Shown one piece after another: positions 13,544 to 26,600 of a DNA stretch of 64,000 bases. Position 1 is the stretch's first letter. Every line of letters starts with the position of its first letter. Origin of the DNA: Tubiluchus corallicola. Its lineage: Eukaryota > Animalia > Priapulida. The stretch lies in the NCBI GenBank assembly GCA_030141605.1, contig JAQGDQ010000184.1:124001-188000 (forward strand), read 5' to 3'. Below the pieces are notes generated by a model. The model did not search any database. It saw only the letters and a list, made by a program, of their open reading frames with translations, and was not told the DNA's origin. The position numbers were made by a program, and so were the translations under genes.

Positions 13544-14624
13544 TTTATTAAAACAGTCATAAACCTTTGATAGTTTTAATGGTGGGAAACATTTTTGTGA
13601 TTGTTGTAAACGATTGTGAGTGAACCTAAGAGGTGCAAAGAAGAACAAAACTGAAGGTAATTATGCATTATCACTACAATTATTGCATATCTATTTTGGT
13701 AATTCTACAAAAAGAAAAAAGACAAGTAGGCTTATGAAACAAAAAAGTAGTTTATTATGTATGATGTATAATGAAAGACAACAATAGTTGTATGAAATTG
13801 AGTAATAGTGTGACTAGTGTATGATATGGCAGCACTCTGTTAGAAGCATTGGCCTGCACATTTTTATGTATTATGTAAATATCATTGCAATTATGTTGTG
13901 TATTTTTTACCAATTTTCTGAAGCTTTTATTTAGCATTTTCTTTTACTGCATGAACTGCATCATTGTGAATTTTGGAGTAATTGGACCACTTAAGTTTCT
14001 GGTTGGCTTGGTGGAACTTGTTAGTGTGACTTAGGTCGGTACTTGTATTACCTATAATAGTATTTTCAAAGTTATTGGAAAACCTCATAATTTAATGTCA
14101 GTATGACAACCACAGCAGTAATAATAAGGAGCCCAGAATAGCAAGGGAGTCAAAAATTTAAGCAAACCAGAAGATTCGGAGAGAATTTAGTATGATTGGC
14201 TCACATGCTGATAACATAACTAAATTTGTATTTGAACGTTTGAACCAGGTAAAAAGTTATCCTTATGCTATAAGTACAGGTACTTGAAAAAAATTTTAGT
14301 TTCTGCTGCTAGTTAGTTACAATTGCAAAATAAGATTTTCAGAAAATTGATATAAACATCCAAGAATACTATTACGGCTGTAACAGTTGTTACAGTTCAA
14401 ACAACTATGGCCAATTATTGTTACACTAATGCAGAGAACCCAGATTATTGGTAATAGCAGTTAGAAATTTGAAGAACGCCAGTTAAATTTCAAATCGAAA
14501 ATGAAAATTTAATCTGCCAGCAAATTTTGTAGTCCAATAAACATTTAGGTTACACTTCTTTCAGTTTTACAATGACACCCTTAAATAAAATGAGATAAAA
14601 TTAAATCAGCAAACTAGTTTAAGT

Positions 14625-14872
14625 ATCATGCCGCAGATGGCGATACAAGCGTCGCGCGATTTTCACGCAAAACGCACGTAAAATGGTAAATAACGTGTAA
14701 TTAAGCTTAAATTTTGTCATTTTTACGCATCTGTGTTCCTTCGGTTTTAAGCATGTCCTATTTGAAATACATCTCATAGCGCGGTTGGGGGTTAAGCATA
14801 AATGACCGCTTTTTGCTTCAATCTTTGGATTCTTGTGTTAACGCTTCTAATATTCATTACTACTGCTAAGGA
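14625..14872 (+). promoter_or_regulatory. Putative promoter and non-coding first exon of HTATSF1
   Basis: CpG-rich patch GCCGCAGATGGCGATACAAGCGTCGCGCGATTTTCACGC with YY1-like AGATGGCG and GTCGCGCG (14651-14658). A consensus donor GA|GTAAGT sits at 14873, and an acceptor precedes the ATG exon at about 17579. Confidence 0.55.
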
Positions 14873-15779
14873 GTAAGTATTAATATTATTCTGCTCTATA
14901 TCAATTGATTTGGCTCTCCCTTGTTAAGTACGTTCTATTGATCAGAAGATTGTTATTTTAAAGTCTGATTGTTTCACCAACTTGTTTAGGTTCTCGTCTG
15001 TTAGACCTACACAATACTTATTAAAACCTACATTATTATTTTATCTGCGACCTAAACTATTTTACTCTATGACTGTGTAGTTTGTATTTATGTGGTGTGA
15101 GCAAAATTATTACATACTTACCACGTTTTATCCCACTTTCCCCACCTAATGTGTTGCTTCTCATGCATTTAATGTTAACAACAGAACACATAAGACAAGA
15201 ACTTTTATTTCACATAACAAGATATACAGATTGTAGTCAGTTGACAGTTAAATATTTAAATAGTGTGGGGAAAGGGAACGACCATATGGTCTTTTACTCC
15301 CTTCCCCTATATAAAGTGAAATAAATAATTTTAATCAGCATTGTAGACAATAATAAAGTTATTTTTTATGAGTACAACATAATGGTGTTTGTTTTTTTAA
15401 TTTTTTTCAGTAACTCCTTTAATCAAATTTTAGATAGTATAGAAGCATGAGTTACTCTAAGCATAAACAGAAAATAAAATGATTATACTGTTTTGTGAAA
15501 CAGGGAACTTGCGAATTGCCATGATTAAAGAAAAAGACATTTACATGTTTGATCATAAGGTATAAAAAGACAATTTTTTTATGAGGAAATATTATCATGA
15601 ACAATTATAAAGTGTCATATTTTTGGTGACCTTGAGGTATATAGATTAATTTTTGATTAATACCAGTATACAGATAGTGGTAGTCATTTCCAGAATTTCT
15701 AGGAGTGTGGGTTTCGAGGATTAACATCATTAATTAAAAAAGTATAAGAAAATATATAGACAAGAAAGAAGATGACCAC

Positions 15780-15935
15780 ACGTGCATAGTTGATAGATTC
15801 AGAGAGAGTACTTATTCAATAATATTTTTTTATAGTTTTCATTGCTGAAGTCAAAACTGTACACGACTTTAGCTCAGAGGGTAAATTATTCCAGAGTTTT
15901 GTACCATTATGTTGCATACTATTTAAACCATAAGA
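15780..15935 (-). mobile_element. Small LINE 3'-end remnant
   Basis: Minus strand reads YGLNSMQHNGTKLWNNLPSELK, a typical end-of-ORF2 motif of L2/CR1-group elements. Confidence 0.55.
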
Positions 15936-17607
15936 TGATTCGAAAAATTTCCTCAATTTTATTTAGTTTGCTGTCCATTGCAGTGATTTTGCTTGTCAAT
16001 TCGTGCAGCAGTCTTTGACATTTATTGTCGTCTTTTTAACCTGACTTCTCTTCCGAAATTATGAGACTATTACCTGATGTAGACGCAATTTCTGCTGTAT
16101 CTGCGTAAGCCGCCATATTGTTAGCTGATTGCCTCGTCGTGATTCGTAGTCTGCTCGACTCTGCCGAACTATCACTGGCTGTGTTTGCTTCTTTTGGTTT
16201 TTTCTATCTCCTCCGGGAACCATGTAGTTTATCTAAATTTTGTCCAGGGATAGCACATAAACTAGTAGCACAACATTTATTTCAAAGGTGGCCCCATTTA
16301 TTATTACTGGCATGTCACTTTGATAAAGCTACATTTTGGTCAAAGAACCAGCGGTAGGTCTTCCCATTATTTAAGTCTTTGATATGGCTCTGGAATTGCA
16401 CACATGACTTCCCAGGTAGGAAGTGAGCATGCTACCACTGATCATTCCTTCAAATAACAAAGGGATGATTTAATACATTTATTTATTGAAGTAGGCCTTG
16501 ATTGTTGTCTAATTGTGGGATAGTACAGTTGGTAGACAGTTAATGTGTGTATAACAGTTCACCTTTATGCGGTAGTTAGGGGTAATTATGTGACTATTTG
16601 ATTTCCATTTATGCCCAAAAAAAACTAATGTTAAAAAAACAAGCCAAACACTAAGAACTTTTGTTTTATCTCATGATACTACCTTAATTGCATATTAACT
16701 TATGATACTGTACATGGTACCGATGTATCTGCATATGCAGCCTTCATTGATATTGTACACGAAATGTCAGTTAAAAAACTAGTATCGTATATGTAGTAAT
16801 TTTAGACAATAATCTTCAAGCTTCAAAACATATTCATTCATATATTCGTTGTGCATTAGTTTTGTCATGTACGTGTGGGTTATAGTGAGTTTCTAATATG
16901 TAGTCACATTAGTCTGTCTTTGTATACATTAGTGTACTCTTGCTCTGCAAATGGAGGGTTTTGTTTATTTTATTTTGAAAATACCTTAATTGCAAAGAAT
17001 TAGTCACTGTATTCTGTAGCTTGTAATTACAGCTTAGATTCCTGGCTTCATGTGAGTGACGTGACTACCTTTTGTCATCTTTTGTGTATTTGATTTGTGT
17101 CCGGTAAATTTATGTTTGTTTGACATTAATTGCTCATAATAATGTAGCTGTAGGCTGAGGGATGTAATGATATATAGTTAAAACTTAAATGTAGACTACT
17201 AATGAATTAATGGATGCATAAGAAATTATCGGTTCTTGTAAGCAATACAAAACTCTTAGTAAATGTTCTTTCCAAACTTTTAGTAAATTTTGGTTTTTGG
17301 CACATAACTTTTGTTTGTCTGCTGTCTATTTTATTTGCTTCTAATATTTACATACATAGTAGCTGCTAGTGATTAGTAGAATAACACAAGCATAAACAAT
17401 GAATAGTTTTAAAACAATCTGGTGATTTTCAGAGAATGTGATGATCAATGTGGCTTGATAGTTTGCTGTGCAGCTATTAATTAAATCTAATGTAATAACA
17501 GTTTTTCAAACATACTGTTTTTCATTTAACCTTAACTATACTGTAATTGATTTTCTGATTGTGTCTTTTAATATTTTAGATAGATAAATATTAGACAGCT
17601 GCATACC

Positions 17608-20600
17608 ATGTCAGATAACGAAGATTTTGAAGAACAGCTTCGACTGGAGGAGCTGGAAAAAGAACAAACTAATAGTACCTATTCTATTATATTAATGAAC
17701 ACAAGCGTGTAATGCTCAGTTGTGATTCTTGGCAACATTTCGGTAGCTGAGTATGGTCAACATTTTACTGAGCTTTAACGTTTTGCATTTCATCTTGCTT
17801 TTATTACATTATTTATAATGGTTGCTTAGTTTTTCTTGAGATTTTTTTATTAGAATTTAGCACTTATCTTACGGTGCTTTCAGACCAGATGAGTGTGAAC
17901 TGTTTTGCATGTTACTGTTGGTAAGTTATTGCAAACTCTCCAACAGTTGCCGCGAGTTGATTACCTGCAATGCTACTATCTAGTGTGAATGCCTCGACAA
18001 GTTACTCTCGACACTTCTCACTCACAGTGAATAGAGAAGAGAGTGTCAGCTCGTGCTTACTGTCAGTGAGTAACTTGCACAAGTTTTGCCGTACCGTCTG
18101 AACATGCAAGCGTGCGAGCTGTTTGGCGAGTTTACTTCAGGAGAAAACTCGCCAGTCTGAGTGCACCGGTACTAAGTTATTTTACTGTACTCGTTACTGT
18201 TTGGTTTGGTTACTGTAAAGCAACATTTTTGTAGTAAACTTGAAACCCTTTCAGACAAATTTGTGGTTGTGAGTGATTTCTTTCACTTACCAACAAAATT
18301 CTGCGTACAGTCATACTTCGGTTTTTAAACGTCTCAGTACTCGTACAAATCGGTTTTCGACCAGAAAATTCGAGTTGAGATTGTCTCCGTTCTCGACCAG
18401 AATTTCCGTACTCGACCAACCGCCAAACTATGGTGAACGCATGCGCGGCCAGCCGAGTAGAGCCGAGCGTAACCGACCGCGCCCGAGAGTAGTCATACAC
18501 GTGTTTCTGCTCTTGCTTACGTATACCATCACATTGCTCCAACACTCAAGGTTTTTCATGCAGGAATAATTATGTTTTTCTTTCTAAGGAATTCTATTAT
18601 GTTTTTCTTATCAATAATATCGCATCTACTGTTTGAATAAGCATTTTTGCATTACATTTCGTTTTAGTGATACTTTACAATTCATTTGGTGCTTGAGAAC
18701 AGATTATTTGCTTTTACATTATTTCTTGTGGGAATAAATGATTCGTTACTCAACCAAATTGGTTTTCAAACACTTTTTAGGAACAAATTATGGTGGAAAA
18801 CCGAGGTATGACTGTATTAAAATTGGACTCCTTTAGGACTCATTAAAGTATTTCACAGGCATTATTTATCAGCCTATTGTTTGTTTTAAGTGCATTGGCT
18901 TGACAAAAAGTCTAGACGTTCGATATGTTAGCTTGCATACTGAGATATTTTTGTATAAAGAGGTCCATTTCGTTGTGACGCAGGTTTTGTTCTCATTCTT
19001 ATTGTTCGTATAATGTTTTTAGCCCGTTTTTATACTGTGATATCACTATAAAGTTACTCTGTATTCTAATTTTTCACAAAAATGGATTCTATGGAAACAG
19101 TAAATGACATTCTGAATGGCATATCCAGACAATTGGGCATAAAGGCTCAATAAACACCTAATCCAATTGTGTGCATCCCAGACTAGTTATTTAACAAACT
19201 ACCACTAATATTACCATTTTAATTTTTTACTGCCATAATGGGCATTTGCAAAAGTTGATCTTGGAAATAATTTCTGAGAAAAACAGTAGTGACCTTATTG
19301 ACAATTTCCAAGTAGTATGCAGGTCAAAGTATCAGAACGTGGTTATACTGTTGACAGAAACTCCCTAATTTTGATAATTGCTGATTCTGAACTTTGGTGG
19401 TGTATAGGTACAGCTAAAAAACTCCTAAAAAACTGCTAAAAAAACCGTTGCATGTCAAATTCTTTTTGCACAATTTTTAAATACACTTCTAAAAGGAATT
19501 AAAAAGTGCTATTTTCATTAATTTGCCATCACACAAACCCACTGAGCTCGTCCCTCTGGTAATACTCGTAGGTAATGTGCAAAATGTTTGGCTGCTTAAC
19601 AGAATATGTTGTACGCTGTTGAAATTACGTGATGCACTTTTTAAATTATATCTATTGAAAGGTTCAGCGACTTTTTGTTAATTTTGCAGAAACTGTTTGG
19701 CGAAGTGAAACGTACTACAAATACTGCACAGATCTGTCTTCTTGTGATGGACTTTTGGCATCTATAGTTGTTATTTTTACTAGGTTTGGAAAAGGGAAAA
19801 GTCTACACTGATGAAGATGGCACAACTTTTGAGTGGGATCCTGCAAAAAAGGCTTATTTTCCCAAGGTAAGGCAAAGACAGCTGTCTTCAGTGTTTTGTT
19901 CATATTGTATCTGTTTTGTAATCCGAAAGTTACAGTGTTTGATACTTATGTGTCAGCATAGCTCTGTAAAGTTTTTTAGTGTCTAGGACGAATGTATTTT
20001 GTTTTTCCCCGACGAGTAAGATTATTTGTTGATTTGTTGTGGTTTTTTCTGTAAGATAATACTTTGTAGCAAAAAGATTTTTTTTTATTAATTTTGGCAT
20101 CCAGTTTCTGTTATGGTGACTCGGACATTTAATTGCTAAACAGGCTAACTTAACATGAATTGTTATGGCAAGACTAGAAGACTGGAACCTGGCCCATTAT
20201 TAAGGCTAATACTATTAAGATGAAGCACTGAACTGGTCGAAGTGATTGAGTGAATAAAGCCTGCACAGAGCCGCACGGTGAACCCCACAGTTGGCCATCA
20301 TCCGTGTACTGACTAGCCTCTGCACACTGCTTAACTTTAGTCACCAGGCACAATCTATGACTACTGCGCTTTTATCTTCACCCTAAATACTAAAGCAATT
20401 TTTCACAAAATTTATGATCCATAAGCATTGAGCCTTTCACAACTTTTCAGTTAGACATTTTTTCTGAAAACTTGAGTTTAACAAAGAGCTGTACAGCACT
20501 GAAGTTTTATATATATGTAGATATCTATATGTATATATACAGATTGATCAGGACTTCATTGCAAACTACCAGGCTAGCTATGGAGTTGAGACAGACTTCG

Positions 20601-23600
20601 AAAAGGTCTCTGAAAAATCAAAGGAGGAGTTAGCATACTGGAATTATTATCGACAGTGGCATTCCCAAGTAAGGGCGGTACTTTTACCAGTTCTTTTGCA
20701 CATGTTTCAAGAAGTTTTTTAATAATTAATACCCAGCGTCCACTGCATGTTCAGGTCTGTTTGATACAACATCATCAGAATATGGAAAATTTTATTGTGA
20801 ACAGGTTACTAGTCAACCAGTAAGACCAGGCAGCTACCGGTTGTTTTTTGGGCTGTGAGGGGTAATGAATCTTGCATTTTTGAAGGTAAGTTTGTTCTTG
20901 ATACTTTTCCTACGGGTCAATGATCCCTTTAACGATTACTGAAATTCAAAGATGTGTGAGGTCCAAGCAATTTCTATCCTGGTTTCGTCATTATCGCTGT
21001 CACCAAGGTTGGCTCAGTTGGATGTGCCTGAGATAGAGCTACACATCTCAGTTCCTGAAGAGATGGAACTGCCAATAACCATTAGTTATTTGGTGGGTTG
21101 TTCCAATAGTACTTAGGCAGTCAAGCAATATTAAAATTTAATAAGTATGCTAAAGTGTGGACATTTCTATCTGTTTTTAATTTCACCTTATTAAGAACAG
21201 AGTAAAGTACATTTAGCCTAGGTTTTAGGCAAGAAATTGGTTTATTAGCCTAACTGCTGGTGTTTGGTAGAGATGAGCTGAACTTCGGATTTTGTTTGAT
21301 AACAGTAGGAGGTGAGTTAAATGACCTTGAGGTAGACATTACGATGTAGTCATAATATCTGTCTTACATTTATCCTAACATGTGACACATCGCCTTGAAT
21401 TGGAAGATCTGACTGTAAATTATTGCTTTTTTCTGTTTTTGGATGTGTACTTTAAACATACTCATCTTTGAGGTGATTACAAATATTAATTATTGATTTG
21501 AGTTTATTAATGTGATCTTTAAATACACACAATTTTAAAACTTTGGTTATACATGACTCTATTGTAAGAGGGATATTTTTTGTTTCCCATCAATTTAAGC
21601 ATGTGACGTTTTTGCACTTACGAAAAGTAACAGTTGATCCTTTTTTCATGTTATTTTATTATTATAATTACGTCCATGTTTATGTGGTATATATAGCCAT
21701 TTTTGCAAACTCTGAGAAGTATGAAAGTTCTTACAATATCTGTGTATTTGTAGGTTTATCCAGAGAAGTCACAGAAGAAACCCGAAGATGACAGCTTAGA
21801 CGTTGAAGAGAAATTAAAAGACGCAGAAGCAGAGCATAAGTCATCATGTTAGTGTTTGGAAATTAGCTAGGGGAAATTAAATTTTCAAATCCTTTTATGT
21901 TTCTTTACTTACATGTGTCTCTTATATGACTTGTACTATAGTATGAGAGTAACATACCAAGTAGTCTTAGTAAGTTGGTTGCACTTCTACAGTATTGGTG
22001 CATATTTGTAGCTGTGGTTACCTGATTTCCAGACAGTGTTAATAAAACTTAATTGCAAAAAACTTGAGGTTTTCGATTCATTTTAGAAAATTCCAGTAGG
22101 AGTACATTTACTCTATTGTTGTACTTGAGAGCAAATGCTGTACGTGTCAAATATTACATATTAAATTGTTTGCTATTATGTTGGGCTTTTATTATTGGCA
22201 AATAAATATGCACTGCTGTTGTTATTCCTAGTGCAAACATGGGGTGATCCGCAGGCATTTTTTGCATGGTACAGTGCACTGACCGAACAACAGAGGACCG
22301 AGTGGTATGAATCATTGACAGAGGAACAGCGGCAGTCATATTGGGAGTACTATACCCAGTATGCTGGTTACTATAATCAGCAAGCTGCAGATGCCAGTAA
22401 AACAGGAGAGAGCAGTGGGGACGGGTCGACTAAAGTCGCTCCGGGACAGAAACGGAAGCATGAACCAAGTATGATTTTATTCATGGCTGTTAAAATTTTG
22501 CCTGGCAATTTTTGAACCTAAAATCTGCTTGATTTTTCATAGGCTAAACCTGTTCTTAATAATTTATATAAACTTATATTCAGATGTCATTGTATCACTG
22601 TCAAAGTAAGACTTTTTGGGTACCCGATTGATAATTTTTGAATCACGATATCGGCCATTGTGGTACAGTGAAAATGTATAAATCACGATATCGGCCATTG
22701 TGGTACAGTGATAATGCATGAATCACGATATCGGTCATTGTGGTACAGTGATAATGTATGAATCACGATATCGGCCATTGTGGTACAGTGATAATGTATG
22801 AATCACGATATTGGCCATTGTGATACAGTGATAATGCGTGAATCACGATACCGGCCATTGTGGTACAGCTAGCTTGTTTTTAAGTCGACGTTTTTAGTTA
22901 ACTCGGCTAACCTTCATATCATCCCTACATTGACTTACACAGTTAGAGGTCTATTGAGAAATTAAAGATTGCATAATTCTTAGGTTTTTGTATTAATGTA
23001 ATTTCTTGTGAATTTTTAGCTTGGTTTGAGGTTGAAGGTGAGAAAAACACAAATGTTTATGTCAGCAATTTACCCAGTGATGTGACCACTGAGGAGTTCC
23101 AGGAACTGATGTCCAAATGTGGTTTAATTATGCAAGATCCCGATACAAAGCAAGCTAAAATAAAATTGTACAAAGACCAAGAAGGAAATCTCAAAGGAGA
23201 TGGACTTTGCACTTATTTAAAGGTACAGCTGTGGCTTGTGTTTAGCAATGGATAATATATCTACTACGCATATGACTCGATAATGCCAGGTATTTGTGGG
23301 AAACGACTTTTGGCGAAAGCTGTAATTACTACCACGTTCGATAGATTTTAGTCTATTATACTGATTAGTGAAATTTAATAAATGCTGAATCGGTCATGGA
23401 CTAATGACCCGCCAAAGTTGTATAGCTATGTGCATGCAGTCATGGTACAAACAGTCCATTGGTGCCTATATCTTGATCCACAAAGTGTGTTTTTAAATTT
23501 TGGTCAGTGTGTTTAATACATTTACCCTCAAGACACTATTTTGTACCTTTAGAATGTTTGTAAACGTGTTGCTGCCAAGAAGTGCATTTGTGTACCTTTG

Positions 23601-26600
23601 TCAAAAAATAGCAGAGTTTGTTTAGAGCATCATTTGAGAGTTCTGTACCGTTAGCCCAGCCACTCCTAAACTGCAGTCTGCAATTTGTGTGGAGAGAAGA
23701 AGCTATGCAGAGATAGGACATTAGATGTCTAAAATGCAAAGTGTCATTTTGAACAACAGGTTCTTCTATAATGTGGCCGTACTTGTCAGTAACTTTTCCG
23801 ACTTTTTGCTCAATTGGACTGGTTTGGTACAATTTTGCTACGCTCAAGAATGACTCTGTTTATCAATCAGAGGTTTGTTGCAGCACTAGTTGACAACTAA
23901 ATTGATGACAGAACTAATTAGACCAGCATGGCTAATGTGTGGTTAAACAACACTCAGATTGACAGTAGTTCACATGAAAAGAAAATAAACTTGCCTGTCA
24001 CTATAAATTTTAGCTCCTTGTTAGATAATTAAATATCCAATTTAAGTGAAGACATAGGATAGTGAAAGTCGTGAATATCTTTCCTATGAGTGTGTTGTTT
24101 ATTGCAGTTTGAGTCAGTGAAATTAGCCGAACAACTACTACACGAGAGTGAATTCAAGGGATGCAAAATTAATGTGGAACAGGCTAAGTTTTCCATGAAA
24201 GGAGAGTTCGATCCCTCACTGAAAAAGAAGCGAAAGAAGCAGGATAAGCAAAAGCTTGAGAAGATGAAGGAAAAGTATGTGGAATCAAACCTTTCTTACT
24301 CCTGTGCTCACTTTGACTTGCTTATACTGCTCATTGCATTGTTAATGATGCACGTTGACTATGATGCCCAAACTTAATTGTGCTCAAAATGGACTGTGTA
24401 ATGAAATTCTTGAAAGTATTTGTTTGAAATCTGCACTTGCACCCCTAGTTAATCAAGTGTCTTTGTAATACATGTTTAATAATTCACATTCATCTTATAG
24501 GATAAGGGATCTTGCTTAATTTGTGTGCGTAGCATGCTGTCTGGTGATAGTACGTACCTAAGACTTGACAACCAGTTAACGTTCTTAGAGCTTTGATTTA
24601 TACTTATTGTTTGCTATGGTTTTGAAAGTAGAATTCTTGTCTACACTGTGTACAGGTGTCAACCATTGTCAGTTAACATTAAATGAACTGTAGTTGAAAC
24701 AGTCTGCAAAATACTTGCTGTTCATCAGCTGCAGTGTGTCCAGTCTGATGCGTGCCTGTTAGTTTTAGCAACTGTTACAAATGACCAAAGTAACAAAATT
24801 TATTGTGGTTAGAAAGCCCATGATCAGCCATGAAATCTAACCATATAAATTTTTTTGTCAAGTGTCACCACTGAGAAAAAATAACGAAAAACTCAAAACC
24901 TAGTCGGCAATTTTTAGCAGCAGTACTTTTTCAAACTTCGTGTAAGGTTGTAGTTCAAACAGTGATAACAATCAATGAGTTGTCATATGGGTTGTCAAAA
25001 GAGAGAACCCATGTAACCTGTTAAATGCTTGCTAGGGCATTCATTTGTTGTTATTTACTGATAACTTTCGGGTGTGCACTGGACTGGATGCACGTTAACA
25101 GCTAGCACGATGATGTTAATTACTGGACATGATAAGGACACATTTTAGTCTAAAGCAATTTATTTGTTTTTTTAGGTTGCTAGATTGGAGGCCAGACAAG
25201 TTAAAAGGTTCTCGGTACAGATATGAAAAAACTGTGGTCTTTAAGAATATGTTTCAGCCAAAGGAATTTGAGGTGCAGATATACTTTTTAAGTTTTTTTT
25301 TGAGTTAAGTTAATGATTACAAGAGGAAATTACCTTAATCAGGAAGTCAGTTTTGAATAGGTGCTTGCTATATGGGATGAAGGGCATAAACAAGGAGTTT
25401 GGCATTGTTATTGCTAAATGCATTGTGTATGATAGTAATACAGTGGGTGCTGCTATACCACCAATGTAGCAGCAGTAATCTGCCAGTATTCTTTGCAACT
25501 TTACAAGTGGAAATATCGTAGAGCAACTAAGAGTGCAGAGAGAATTTTGACAAAAGAACATTGACATATTGACAAATAAGCATTTACATCTAACATCAAA
25601 TGTTCTAGAAATTTAGCATACTTAGCAGCCTTCTCTTGTTGTCTGCTTTGGCCACCTTGTGGCGATTTTTAGGCCTGATCATATGATCAGTACGATCTGG
25701 TTGAGTGGACAGAATTTTGTAACACAAGACAATTATTTATAAGACGTTAAAATATTGTTGTGCTGTGTGTTTAGAAAGCTCATGATTTGGGGGAAATAAT
25801 ATATGCATATTCCTTTATTACTTTTAAAATTAGGTATTTAATTAAATTACAAATTAGTTAAAAATTACTACAAAGCTATAGTGTAAAAACTGCTAAATTA
25901 TGTATAATTATTGATCTTTTGGTTATTGGTATTTTTTTGGCATAAACTTTTTATTGTTTAGATGGAATGTCATGTTTTTGGGAATAAAAGACAAAAAAGA
26001 GCAAAATTTAATAATTAGGCTTCGAATGTTTATTTGGTTTTAAAAGCCCAAACATCTAAGGATCTCGCAGCCTTTGCAGTACCTGCTAAGCTGAAGAGTG
26101 ATGATTCCATATTAGTAATACTACATCTGTTAACTAATAGATTCGGTCACTTAATTGGGTCAAAGCCAAAGTGAGTCTATTAAGCGGCACCTACTGTAGT
26201 AAATTTGTTGTCAAAAACGACCAACATAAACTTTCTTCCTCAAAATTCAGTTATACAGCATGTGCATTAAGCAGATAACATTTGGTGAGAACTTACAAAC
26301 TACCTTCACAAGAAATACTTAAAGTAAGTCCTTACAGCTATGTAGACAAATTTAAAATATTTTGCCACAAAGTATGTTTCAATATTGAAAAATTCCTCAG
26401 CAGTATTTAGATTTTAATTATGTTTTGTTCTAATAGGAATGATAGGAATGCTTTTAACTGTGACATGATTTGAAGTTATTTTCAGTTTTATTTTCTATCC
26501 AGGCCAAAGTGGAAGGCCGTTCACACCTTTAGACCCTGCAAAATTGCTAAAAAATGATGTCTAGCATACACAACATGAGTCAACTTGCTAAATAGCATTG

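Noticed and set aside
22641-22868. CRISPR-like regular array
   Set aside because: The units are contiguous with no unique spacers, there are no cas genes, and it lies in a spliceosomal intron. It is a minisatellite.
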